IMG/VR virus record: IMGVR_UViG_3300045988_183523
Span: 40,364-104,363 of that record
Length of the DNA: 64,000 bases
Strand: one strand, 5' to 3'
Source of the DNA: a virus
In this document: piece by piece, positions 17,643-28,200 of the stretch
How the letters are laid out: every line of letters starts with the position of its first letter
Position numbering within the stretch: the stretch's first letter is position 1
Notes under the pieces: model-generated
Told to the model about the DNA's origin: nothing
What the model saw: only the letters and a program-made list of their open reading frames with translations
The model's database searches: none
Made by a program: the position numbers and the translations under genes

Positions 17643-18851
17643 ATGAAACTGAATATGAAGATTACATCACAGTATCGCAAAAATTTATTATATGTGATTG
17701 GTCAATATCATTTCTTACCAAGTAATGTAACAATGATAGTAAGTGCATATCCATTTTTTGAAAATGAAGAAAAGCTTAATACTACATATAGGCATATGTC
17801 GGAAAAACATCTTGTTCAAAAAATAAAAACACTTAACACAACAAAATCAATTAAAAATCAAAAAGACACGATTGTTACAACAGAACTTGGAAATTTAGCA
17901 ATGGCAAATAATGATATAAAAACAAATCAATTAGTAGAAGGCAAAATAACAAGCACTAAACAAAGAACATTGTATTACGCTGCTGAATGTGAAATATTCT
18001 TTAGAGCGTTTTGTGAAAGCGCAAATGACAAATTCAAAAATTATTTGAATCGACAAATGATACAGTTTGCTTTAAAAAATTCAAAGATAATCAATAAAAA
18101 GATTTTGTTAGCAATTAAGGGTACGAGAGTTTATGGTTTATGGAAAACACCAAACAGGTACTTCCGTTTTTACAATGTTCAAGAATACAACATTCGACTT
18201 ATAACAGCACAAGAGGAAAATTTAGTTACTGCTTTGTGTACCACACAGAATATTACAGAAAATGAAATTGGAGATTCAATTTTGCTTGCCAAGAATGTTG
18301 AAACAATTAACAAGTATATTGATGTGCCAAATGAGCAGGAACTCGAAAAGAAGGTACTTGAAACGAAATACAGTCGAAATACGAATCGAATATTTGATGT
18401 ATCAGGTACTTATTACGATTTTGAACATTTGAAATATTTTGTGTACAACTCGCCGGAGCAAACATACATTTTAAATTTTCTACTTTATAGTAATGTGAGA
18501 AAATCAAATGAACATAGCAATTTGGAACATTTAATACAAAGATACATAATTGCATTGAATCCAAATAGGCACTTCATAGCGAAAAAGTATGGAAATACAG
18601 TTTATGAGAGTAACGAAGAAATTGCTTTTGAAATAGTAACACAGGAACTTAACAAATTAAAAGGTATTGTTGTGAATGTAAAAGCAATGCGAAACGGATA
18701 TTTTAATGAAAAAAGAAAGATTGTAATTTACGGATGTGATTTTAACAAAAAACTGTATAACAGATTATTTTCTAAATATGAAAATATAGAATTTAGGTAC
18801 TTAAATAAAAATGAATTGCTTGAATATGTTAAAGCAAGAGCTAACGAATAG
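17643..18851 (+). CDS. hypothetical protein (~400 aa) immediately upstream of the coupling protein. Possible relaxosome or replication factor, from position only.
   Basis: ATG at 17643 after gagtgagg. No recognisable motifs. Confidence 0.4.
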   Translation: MKLNMKITSQYRKNLLYVIGQYHFLPSNVTMIVSAYPFFENEEKLNTTYRHMSEKHLVQKIKTLNTTKSIKNQKDTIVTTELGNLAMANNDIKTNQLVEGKITSTKQRTLYYAAECEIFFRAFCESANDKFKNYLNRQMIQFALKNSKIINKKILLAIKGTRVYGLWKTPNRYFRFYNVQEYNIRLITAQEENLVTALCTTQNITENEIGDSILLAKNVETINKYIDVPNEQELEKKVLETKYSRNTNRIFDVSGTYYDFEHLKYFVYNSPEQTYILNFLLYSNVRKSNEHSNLEHLIQRYIIALNPNRHFIAKKYGNTVYESNEEIAFEIVTQELNKLKGIVVNVKAMRNGYFNEKRKIVIYGCDFNKKLYNRLFSKYENIEFRYLNKNELLEYVKARANE

Positions 18852-18953
18852 GTACTTAAAAATCTATTTAATGAAAGGGTGTGGATGGAAAACAAATAAA
18901 ACCTGTTAGGTCAGTAGGTACTCAAAAAATAAAAATAAAATGAAAGGAAACCG

Positions 18954-21443
18954 ATGAAAGATGAAGAAAAGAAGTTAGGAAATAAAATCAAGAGAAAAAT
19001 AAAACAAATAAAAGAGTTTGTAATGAAACATCCAGTAAAAATAGTATTAAGCATAATAGTTTTATTGTATGTTTCAGGAATAATGAGTGAAGCACTGTAT
19101 CAAGCGATTCACTTTGGGGAAATACGAAACGGTAATGGCATACCATGGTATATGTTGTCTTGGGGTCCAAAAGCAATGTTACAATGGTGTACAAGCGTAA
19201 GAGGTTTCATTTGCCTGTTATTGACAATAGTAGCAGCATATCTATTGTGGATATACGGTGTTAAACCTCGTGTTAAAGAAGAGACAGGTAAGGACAATAT
19301 AGATATACCTTTCAAGTATTCAGAAGAAAAGCCGTATGGTTCAGCAGAGAAAATGACGGAAGAAGATTTGGAAGATATATTGGAATTCAAACCGATAGAA
19401 GAAACACATGGAATTATATTAGGACAAACCTATGATGGAAAGGTAGTATCAATTCCTACATCGGAAGAATTTGAAGAAAAAGCAAAAAGAAAAAATTGGT
19501 CACGAGATGATATGACCAATAATACAAGAAACAGAAACATTCTTGCTATTGGCTCACCGGGTACTATGAAGACAAGAGCACTAATAATGAATCAAGTATT
19601 TCAAGCAATAGTACATGGGGATTCAATAATGATAACAGACCCAAAAGGAGAAATATATGAAAAGACATATAATCGCCTTAAAGAGAATGGTTATGATGTA
19701 AGAATGTTTAACCTTATCAAGCAGGACCACAGTGATAGTTGGAACCCAATAAACGAATTAAAGGTTGAGGACTATGATACATTCAATCCGATTGAGATAT
19801 TAAGAAACTCATCAGATAAGACACAAAGAAAAGTCATATCAAGTGTATACGCAAAAATATTTGCATCTACCATTGTTAATAATGCAGATGAAAACGGAGA
19901 AAAGTATTGGAGCGATAACGCAATGAATGTATTGAAATCATGTTTGATGTTAAAAGATATGGATAGTCTTGGTAAGATATATGATTTCATAAGCAGAAGT
20001 ACGATTGAACAGCTTGCATTAAAGTTTTCGGATGCAGATGATGAATCGGTAGCAAGAAGAGCATTTGATATATTTAATCAAAGTTCAGAAACAGTAAAAG
20101 GTCAAATAATAAACGGACTTGGTATTATGATAGATGTATTTCAAGACGAAAGAATCAGAAATATGACAGGTTCAAGTGAGATTGATATGACAAAACCTGC
20201 AAAGGAAAAGTGTGCATACTTTGTTATAACATCAGACCAACACAGAACATTTGACTATTTAGCAGTTTTGTTTTGGACTATGGCATTCATAAAGCTTATT
20301 GAATACATAGATGAAAACAGAGACGAGAAGGGCGATCCGACCACCTTACCAATACATATGTTGCTTGATGAATTTCCAAATATAGGTGAGATACCGGATT
20401 TCAACCGAAAGTTAAGTGTAGTAAGAAGTAGATTGATATATACAACAATAATCATTCAAAACTTACCTCAATTGATGAACCGTTATCCTAACGGAATGCA
20501 TGAAGAAATATTCTCGGACTGTGACTTTACAGTATTCCTTGGTTGTAATGACTATACAACTGCAGAATACATAAGTAAGTTAACAGGTATAGCGAGTATA
20601 GAAGTAACGACACAAAATAGTACCTATGCAAGAAATGTAATGGTACTTAATCAAGACCCGAATTTTAAAGAAGTAAAATCAATAGGTCAAAGGACAGTAA
20701 TGAATGCTGATGAGGTAAAGTCAATTAAAAATACAGATTTGCTTATCTTTATCAGAGGCACAAAGTCTGTATATCAGTGTAAAAAATTTGACTATTCAAA
20801 GCATCCATTTGCAAAGGATTTAAAAATAGCAAAAATAAAAGACTATGTTCCTGAATGGAAACAACAACTAATTGATGATGCAAAGGAACAAATCAGAAGA
20901 AATGAAGAACGCTTAAAGAAAGAAGCAGAAGAAAAAGAAAGAGAAAGACTGATCCAAGAAAAAGCTATTGAAAGAGAAAATCGAAGAAAAGAAATGATGA
21001 AACAAGATGAAGATGATTTCTTTGAAGGATTTACGCAGCAGGCAATTAATTTTGATGATTACCTTCAAAACAAAAAAATAGCAAATAAAGAAGATTTCAT
21101 AAATACAGAAGATGAATCTGAAAACGAAATTAAGTTAATAACAGAGAAGCAAACTCTTGATGAAATAAATACAAATGAAAATGATATATTTTCTACATTA
21201 CTCGGTGATGAAGAAGATACAATTCCTAACCTAACAAACTCTAAAAACAAATCAACTAACAAAAAAGACACAAAGTCAAAAAATGAAAAAAAGATAATAT
21301 CAAGAAATACAATGCAGAATAAATTAAATGCAATAAGTAAATCGCTTGATAAAATCGAAGATGAAAATGTTGAACTGGATATAAAAAAAGAGGCAGAAGA
21401 CATTTTTGGAAATTTTGACTTTAGTAATAATAACGATAATTGA
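18954..21443 (+). CDS. Type IV secretion/conjugation coupling protein (VirD4/TraG family T4CP) with an N-terminal TM region and a long E/K/N-rich C-terminal tail
   Basis: N-terminal TM helices. P-loop-like LAIGSPGTMKTRA. MITDPKGE matches the T4CP 'DPKGE' motif. LLDEFPNIGEIPDFNRKLSVVRSRLIYTTIIIQNLPQL matches the TraG/VirD4 'llDEf.n.g.ip' C-terminal core. Confidence 0.75.
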   Translation: MKDEEKKLGNKIKRKIKQIKEFVMKHPVKIVLSIIVLLYVSGIMSEALYQAIHFGEIRNGNGIPWYMLSWGPKAMLQWCTSVRGFICLLLTIVAAYLLWIYGVKPRVKEETGKDNIDIPFKYSEEKPYGSAEKMTEEDLEDILEFKPIEETHGIILGQTYDGKVVSIPTSEEFEEKAKRKNWSRDDMTNNTRNRNILAIGSPGTMKTRALIMNQVFQAIVHGDSIMITDPKGEIYEKTYNRLKENGYDVRMFNLIKQDHSDSWNPINELKVEDYDTFNPIEILRNSSDKTQRKVISSVYAKIFASTIVNNADENGEKYWSDNAMNVLKSCLMLKDMDSLGKIYDFISRSTIEQLALKFSDADDESVARRAFDIFNQSSETVKGQIINGLGIMIDVFQDERIRNMTGSSEIDMTKPAKEKCAYFVITSDQHRTFDYLAVLFWTMAFIKLIEYIDENRDEKGDPTTLPIHMLLDEFPNIGEIPDFNRKLSVVRSRLIYTTIIIQNLPQLMNRYPNGMHEEIFSDCDFTVFLGCNDYTTAEYISKLTGIASIEVTTQNSTYARNVMVLNQDPNFKEVKSIGQRTVMNADEVKSIKNTDLLIFIRGTKSVYQCKKFDYSKHPFAKDLKIAKIKDYVPEWKQQLIDDAKEQIRRNEERLKKEAEEKERERLIQEKAIERENRRKEMMKQDEDDFFEGFTQQAINFDDYLQNKKIANKEDFINTEDESENEIKLITEKQTLDEINTNENDIFSTLLGDEEDTIPNLTNSKNKSTNKKDTKSKNEKKIISRNTMQNKLNAISKSLDKIEDENVELDIKKEAEDIFGNFDFSNNNDN

Positions 21444-21456
21444 AAGGATTAAGATT

Positions 21457-22431
21457 ATGAAAAAAATTGTTGAAGTACCGGAAGGTGCTAATACGGCTTT
21501 TGACGAAGAAAGAGAAAAAATAGCTGTATACCAAGTATTAAATGAATCTCTTGAAAGTGCAACAAAAAGCAAGAAAAAATTTATCACTTGCAAAGTTCTC
21601 GGTGCAAAGCATAATATGAACGGTTCAACGCCGGAATATAGAGTTTGTGCTATGTGCCAATATAAAGACTGGATTATACTTGTTAAAGCTGACCAAATGG
21701 GCTTTAATCCAAAAGAATTTGAAGGACTTAACAATCAACAAAAAGAAGCCAAATATGCTAAATTTATCAGCAATATGACTTTTTCAACTATAAATGTAGT
21801 TATTATCGGAATAGATGTCAAAACAAAAAGAGCAGCCGGAAATAGAAATATGGCAATGGAGTATATCAAAGACAGATATTATTTCAAAAGTGATTCAAAC
21901 GGTAAATCGGCAATGGAAAAAATCTTTGAAAGTAAAAAAGAAGTCTTTCCACAAGCTCGTGTTGTTACCGTAAGCAAGAGCGTTGTTTGGCTTGAAGTGT
22001 TTGGCTTACTAACAGATGTATATGCAAGAGATGTTGAATGGCGATTTGTTGAAAATTTAAAATCTGTTATTTCTGTCGGCGATTTAGTACCGGTTAAAAT
22101 TATGGAATTAACGATAGACAAAGAAAACAAGAAAGTCAAGATGAGAGTGTCAATTAAAGAAGCAAAAGAAAATATGATGATACGAAATATGCAGTATTAT
22201 AACGAAGGTGACACTCTTGCAGGAACAGTTTCTAATATCCAAAATGGAGCATGTTATGTACAAATTGGAGATTTTAAAACAGGTATTGATGTTCTATGCA
22301 AGATAATAAATCTTGATGAGGTGCCAAATAAAAAAGACATTGTACTCGTAACAATAGGGAAAAAAGACAATGAAACCGGAAGAGTATTTGGTCGAATCGA
22401 AGAAATCAGAAAACGAGCAAGTAATTATTAA
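21457..22431 (+). CDS. S1/OB-fold (RNA-binding-like) repeat protein (324 aa from ATG 21457)
   Basis: Two or three S1-like segments (GDLVPVKIMELT...; GDTLAGTVSNIQNGACYVQIGD.KTG..). RBS aaagga precedes ATG 21457. The upstream in-frame extension in the ORF track is probably not translated. Confidence 0.4.
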   Translation: MKKIVEVPEGANTAFDEEREKIAVYQVLNESLESATKSKKKFITCKVLGAKHNMNGSTPEYRVCAMCQYKDWIILVKADQMGFNPKEFEGLNNQQKEAKYAKFISNMTFSTINVVIIGIDVKTKRAAGNRNMAMEYIKDRYYFKSDSNGKSAMEKIFESKKEVFPQARVVTVSKSVVWLEVFGLLTDVYARDVEWRFVENLKSVISVGDLVPVKIMELTIDKENKKVKMRVSIKEAKENMMIRNMQYYNEGDTLAGTVSNIQNGACYVQIGDFKTGIDVLCKIINLDEVPNKKDIVLVTIGKKDNETGRVFGRIEEIRKRASNY

Positions 22432-22445
22432 AAAAGAGGTGACAA

Positions 22446-22835
22446 GTGAAAATGAATGTATCAGAGCAATTACAACAATTCTATACGGAATTACAATATC
22501 TCGTTGCCGTTAAATATCGTACTACACTTCTTGATAGTATCAACGCTGAAAAAGAATACTATAATTCTATTATCAGTGATATTAACGAGTTAGGTGAAAG
22601 GCTGAGCACATATACTATTGAGGACAAAACGCTCAATGATAATGAAAACGAGGCATTCTTACAATGGTTAAAAATTCAGTTGATTGGTGAAATTGAAAAT
22701 TGTAGGAAAAATATTATGAAAAATTATTCAAAATTTTTAAAATCTACATATTCTTCTACTATACCTAATAAAAAGGGTAAAAAAGAAAAACAAGAAGATT
22801 TTACTGATAATGAGAATATGAAGCAAGAGCAGTAA
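22446..22835 (+). CDS. hypothetical protein (129 aa)
   Basis: ORF only. Confidence 0.4.
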   Translation: MKMNVSEQLQQFYTELQYLVAVKYRTTLLDSINAEKEYYNSIISDINELGERLSTYTIEDKTLNDNENEAFLQWLKIQLIGEIENCRKNIMKNYSKFLKSTYSSTIPNKKGKKEKQEDFTDNENMKQEQ

Positions 22836-22965
22836 CGGAAAAGCAAATCTGGCTATCTTATGAGTTTGGCGTGAAGACAGACTAATGAGGCAAATAATTT
22901 CATCGTGAAAATTAAAAAAATAAATTTGTTGATTTAGTCTGTTTTTATGAGATGAAGGTGAAAAA

Positions 22966-23142
22966 ATGAGTAAAAACACAAAAAAATCAAATTATATAAA
23001 ACCGGGGTCGAAAGAAAATTATATTTATGACCTTGAAAAATTTTATAAAGAAAATGGCTATCCAAGCAACAAAACAGCAAGTAAATCAAAAAAAGAAAAA
23101 CAAATAGCAGACGAATATAACGAATTTAAACTTATATTGTAA
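22966..23142 (+). CDS. small basic protein (58 aa) not in the ORF track
   Basis: RBS gaaggtgaaaaaATG. MSKNTKKSNYIKPGSKENYIYDLEKFYKENGYPSNKTASKSKKEKQIADEYNEFKLIL. Confidence 0.3.
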   Translation: MSKNTKKSNYIKPGSKENYIYDLEKFYKENGYPSNKTASKSKKEKQIADEYNEFKLIL

Positions 23143-23171
23143 AAATATCTGTGTATTTTTTAAAATTGATT

Positions 23172-23179
23172 ACTATATA
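23172..23179 (+). promoter_or_regulatory. Recurrent promoter-like motif copy (tttttaaaattgatTACTATATAcc)
   Basis: Upstream of the SpoVG-like gene. Confidence 0.35.
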
Positions 23180-23233
23180 CCATACGAGGTAGAGGAGATA
23201 CCTTGAAAAAATTAAGGGAAAGGAGAGAACGAT

Positions 23234-23614
23234 ATGAGTACATATTCATTACCTATCAAGGTAAATTCTGACAGTAATAATACGGATAATATTTTAAATG
23301 TCGAAATTGATTGTCGAATTTATCCTGTTAGAAGAGGAAGAGATGGTCTTCGCGCTACTGCTGTGTTAGATTATTTCGGTTTCACATTGGGTGATATACA
23401 AGTTTATGAAAGGCGTGGTCAAATTTCAATAGTATATCCAACAAGAGAAATTCGCCGTAAAGGTGAATTAAGAGAAGCATCAGTATATTTTCCAAACAAC
23501 AGAGAACTTGGTCAAAATATCAACCATATCATCAATCAAGAATATCTTAATGTTGTCAAACATAACGATGTTCCTGTGCTTGAAGGTATGGGTATCAAGA
23601 ACGGTCAAGAATAA
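23234..23614 (+). CDS. SpoVG-like nucleic-acid-binding protein
   Basis: ILNVEIDCRIYPVRRGRDGLRATAVLDYFGFTLGDIQVYERRGQISIVYPTRE...ASVYFPNNRELGQNINHIINQEY follows the SpoVG pattern (evtdvrlrrv..g.mkA.asit.d..fv.hdirvi.g..gLfvamPsr....fRDi.hPi....r..i...vl.ey). Confidence 0.55.
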   Translation: MSTYSLPIKVNSDSNNTDNILNVEIDCRIYPVRRGRDGLRATAVLDYFGFTLGDIQVYERRGQISIVYPTREIRRKGELREASVYFPNNRELGQNINHIINQEYLNVVKHNDVPVLEGMGIKNGQE

Positions 23615-23635
23615 ATAATTAAGAAAGGAAATAAT

Positions 23636-24706
23636 TTGAAAAAATTTGGTAAAACTTTATCAATAGGACTTGCTACAATTATGGCTGTTTCGTCATTAGG
23701 TATCGGTACAACGGCATTTGCATCACAGGTTAATTCTGTACAAACTGCGGAAAGTATCGGCTTAAATGAGACGAAATCGGCAGTATTTAGATATGGGGAA
23801 ATCAATGATGATTTTCTTTCTGAAAATACAAAATACTTTAAATTTGTGGCACCTACTACCGGTTATTATGAATTTAATTTAACCGGGTATCAAAACAGAA
23901 TTGATGGTCAGAATACAACTGCATATATTGATGTTACAGACACAACAGGAAAAAGTGTTGATTCAGGAGGATATTATGACCAATATTATAATGATGTTAA
24001 GGCTATTGCCGAATTAACACAAGGTCAAACATATTACATCGAATCATATTATTCACCGTTTAAGACTGCAAATTATGAAAATAATGGATATGCAGAATCA
24101 ACCATCAATATTTCAGTTACACCTCACACACACGAATTTTCAGCTGAAGCATATTCGACCACAACATATTATACATGTAACAGATGTCATTATTCGTATT
24201 CAGAGGAAAACAAAAAATCAATCTCAAATATTTATCTTGAAAAGATAAAATATGTTTATGACGGTAAATTGAAAACGCCAAATGTTATTGCTTATGATAC
24301 AGCCGGAAACCTTGTTAATTTAACAAATGTTTCATACGCATCAGGCAGAAAGAATGTAGGTACTTACAATGTATCAGTTACATATGGCAAACGATCATTT
24401 AATTTATCGTTTCAAATTGTACCAAAAAGAACAAATATTTCTTCTGTTAAAGCGGGAAAGAAAAAACTTACTTTAAAATGGAAGAAACAACAAAAGCAAG
24501 CAACAGGCTATCAAATCCAATATTCTACTTCTAAAAAGTTTTCCAGAGCAAAAACAATAACTGTTAAAAGTAAGATTACTTCTAAAACAATTAAAGGTTT
24601 GAAAGCCAAGAAAAAATATTATGTAAGAATAAGGACTTATAAAGTTGTAAACGGTAAAAAGCTTGCTTCTTCTTGGTCAAAAACAAAATCAATAAAAACA
24701 AAATAA
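23636..24706 (+). CDS. Secreted protein with a signal peptide, a central domain with an HxH/Cys cluster and a C-terminal Fn3-like domain (TTG start)
   Basis: Signal peptide MKKFGKTLSIGLATIMAVSSLGIGTTAFA. The C-terminal ...TGYQIQYSTSKKFSRAKTITVKSKITSKTIKGLKAKKKYYVRIRTYK is near-identical to the Fn3 repeats of the 7766 protein. Confidence 0.55.
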   Translation: MKKFGKTLSIGLATIMAVSSLGIGTTAFASQVNSVQTAESIGLNETKSAVFRYGEINDDFLSENTKYFKFVAPTTGYYEFNLTGYQNRIDGQNTTAYIDVTDTTGKSVDSGGYYDQYYNDVKAIAELTQGQTYYIESYYSPFKTANYENNGYAESTINISVTPHTHEFSAEAYSTTTYYTCNRCHYSYSEENKKSISNIYLEKIKYVYDGKLKTPNVIAYDTAGNLVNLTNVSYASGRKNVGTYNVSVTYGKRSFNLSFQIVPKRTNISSVKAGKKKLTLKWKKQQKQATGYQIQYSTSKKFSRAKTITVKSKITSKTIKGLKAKKKYYVRIRTYKVVNGKKLASSWSKTKSIKTK

Positions 24707-24716
24707 TAAGCTTAAG

Positions 24717-24744
24717 TAGCCCAGCATGTATCATGCTGGGCTAA
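24717..24744 (+). terminator. Hairpin (terminator-like, weak U-tract)
   Basis: tagcccagcatg-tatc-catgctgggcta. Confidence 0.35.
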
Positions 24745-24773
24745 AAGTCAATATAAGAAAGGGGAGAAAAACC

Positions 24774-25205
24774 GTGAAAAATACGAGCATGAAAATTGCA
24801 TTGTTGTTAATGTGTATTGTTGTTATTTCTTCTACAAGTGCTTATGCAGCGACATACAAAGTCGAAGAAGGAAAAGAAGAAACAATTACAGTTAATGTTG
24901 ATTATAACAAGACAACTGCAGAAAGCACTACGAAAAGTGAAACTCAATATACAGAAAATAATACCACTAATGTTATAACTACTGAAATCGTTAGTACAAC
25001 AGAACCAAATATTGTGCAAACAACAAGTGAAACTATTGCCACAGAAACCACACCGAAGCCAACAGAAACCAAGGCAACAAAAAAATATAAAAAAGAAAAA
25101 AGTGTAAAAACCGGTTTCAACACTTTACCGTTATATTTTACAATAATAGGACTGGCAATATTATTGATTATCATGAAAAGAAAGAGGGTGCGAATAAATG
25201 AGTAA
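24774..25205 (+). CDS. Small surface protein (signal peptide, T/E-rich linker, SVKTG + TM + KRKR tail)
   Basis: GTG 24774 after ggggag RBS. ...EKSVKTG-FNTLPLYFTIIGLAILLIIM-KRKRVRINE (SVKTG at 25101-25115). The ORF-track start at 24726 lies inside the upstream hairpin. Confidence 0.5.
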   Translation: MKNTSMKIALLLMCIVVISSTSAYAATYKVEEGKEETITVNVDYNKTTAESTTKSETQYTENNTTNVITTEIVSTTEPNIVQTTSETIATETTPKPTETKATKKYKKEKSVKTGFNTLPLYFTIIGLAILLIIMKRKRVRINE

Positions 25206-28200
25206 AAATAAAAAAATAATTTCTGTTTTTTTAGCTATTATTACAATGCTTACTTGCTTTCCGATTTCGGCATTTGCTAATAATATAGACTGGGAATATT
25301 CTGTTAATGAAGACAATACAATCAAAATAACAGGATACAACGGAAATTTATTATCAACTCTTGAATTACCAAAAACAATTGATGATAAAACCGTTATAGG
25401 TACTTCTTCCGAAATTTTTGAAAACAAAAGCGTAGATAATGTAAAAACAATTATAATTCCATATACATATCAATTTATTTGGAATCTTGATTTGTTTTCT
25501 AATTTGAAAAAAATTGAAGCCCATTCGTTAACTATACAAAATATGTATTTGTTAAATGGAGGACAGGAAAACAAATACATTGAATTAAACAGTGAAAATA
25601 CAGAAAAATTTGAAAAATCACTTGCTGTATTGTCAAAATTAAACGAATCGTTATGTGAAAACAATAAAGAAATAAATAAAGAAAAAACAACAGATTGTAA
25701 GAAAGATGGTATAAATTACATTTGTAAAGTGTGTGGATATGAATGGAAAAAAGCTTGTCAAGAACACCAATATGAGTATGTTAAAGAAAAGAGTACAAAA
25801 GATAATTGCTATTCTGAATGCATTGCTTGTGGCGAGCAGATTAAAAGTAATCATAATTACAAATCTGAAATAACAAAAGCACCAACTTGTACCGAAGAAG
25901 GAACAAGAACATATACTTGTACTAATTGTGGATATTCATATGCAGAGGATATACCGAAAACAACTCATGATTTTGTTCGTAAGACCTTGGTTGAAGCAAC
26001 TTGTGCGCAACCGGGTACTGACGAATTGACTTGTAGCAGATGTGGATATAAAGAGACGGAAACAACATATAAATCACATGAATATGATGATGGAGTTGTT
26101 GTTGACGAAGGCAATTGCGTTAATGTAAAAATTAAATATACCTGCAAACTTTGTGGAAACACATATGAAGAAACTGAAGATGTTCTTCATGATTGTATAA
26201 TAGAAAACGGCTATTTTCAATGTAAAAGATGTAATAAAAAAGTCAAACTTACTTTAAATTCAATCAATACTGAAAATTATACATACAATTTTGATGATGT
26301 TAATGATTTGGACTGGGATGGTGCATTGAATACATATGTTATAAATTGCAATGAAGATTCTCGGTATACATTTGATTTTTCAAAGTTAAATTTCAATTCA
26401 GATCATGGTAGTGTAAGTTTAGTTAAAATAGATCCGGAGTTTACCGATGATGAAATTATTCTTTATTCCCTACTTAAACAAGCTTATCCGCGATACCAAT
26501 TAGATAAATATGATACAGATGGTAGATGCCATCCTGTTGAAAATGCGCCTAAACTTTCTTATGATTTCTTATCAATGTTTAGTTTATATGATTGGACTGC
26601 ATATGGATGGGATCCAGAATGGTCTGCTAATTTAGAAAATAAATTTGAATGGACTGAAAATTCGGAGCTGCAATTCAAAAATAGTCAAGTCTTTTTTGAT
26701 CTACAAAAAGATAGAAGTAATGGCAAAGCATATAATTATCTTGAAAAATATGGAAGTGAGTGCTTTTTGGATGGTACTACTAAAGAAACACTTTCGCTAA
26801 AAAAAGGTAAATATTTATTAGTTGTAAAAAACGCTTATTCTGATTCTTGCAAAGAACCTATGTTTACAGGAAAATTTGATATAAAAAAAGAATGCAACCA
26901 TGTTTATAACGAAACTATAACGAAAGCACCAACTTGTAATGAAAAAGGAACAAAAACATATACTTGCACAAAATGTGGATATTCATATACAGAGGATATA
27001 CCAAAAATAACACACAATTACAAAGCCAAAATAACAAAAGAGCCAACATGTACCGAAGAAGGAATAAAAACATATACTTGTAAATTATGTGGTGATTCTT
27101 ATACAGAAATCATTCCGGCAACCGGACACGAGTACAAAAAAATCAATATAGACGATAAAACATATAAAATTGAATGCTCAAAATGTGGTTTAAATCGTTT
27201 TTATAAAGAATTAGATGATTGGACTATTACATTTAGCGGTAATGATAATACTTGTACGCTGTATAAATATAATGGTTCAGAAACAATTTTGTCACTTCCG
27301 GAAAAAGTTGGAAAATATAAAGTTTTAGGTTTGGAAAAAAGTGCTTTTGAAAATGTTAAAATAGCTGACGATATAACAGAAGTAACTATTCCTTATACAT
27401 ATAAAAAGGTTGAAGGAATAGAAAATTTGTCTAATTTGCGACAATTGAATTATCATGAAATTTTATGGGATTATTTTAGTAATGAACTAATAAGCTTTTT
27501 TGACCAAAATAATATATACTGTCGTTCTCTTTGCGAAGGACATTGGTATACGGATCAAGATTGTACAAAACAAGACATAGATGTTTATTGCAAAATATGT
27601 GGATATACGGAAAAAAGAGATTCTAATATGACCTATTTCGAGGATGGTCATCAATATGTGATAAGTAATGTTAACGGTGATACAATTACCTATACTTGTA
27701 CGCAATGCCCGAATTCATATACAATGATTTGCAAACATAATAATGCCAAATACGACAGAAAGGTTGAAGCAAATTGCCAGCATGGCTCATACGATATATA
27801 TGTTTGTCCTGACTGTAACAGCGAAATCAAGCGTCATGAGCAACCAACTCTTGGTGAACACTCTTATGAAATAAAAAACGGAAAAGCCATATGTGAAGTT
27901 TGTCAAAACGAAATCACTTACAAATCATATAATATAGATGAGTTAAATAAACAATACACTTTCTATCAAAAGGATTTCTATGATGATCACTTATCTTCTA
28001 CCGAAAAGAAAAATCGTTATAATTGTGTAAAGCTGACAATTGATAAAAATAATACTCCGGTTTATTTCTATCAAACAAAAAGTCAAGGAAAATTTAATAT
28101 AAGGACATTCGAAGGGTTAAGTCAAGATGAAATTGATTATTATTTAATTTCATCTTCGCAGTATGGTTTAAATTATGATAACTTTGAAAAATACAACGAA

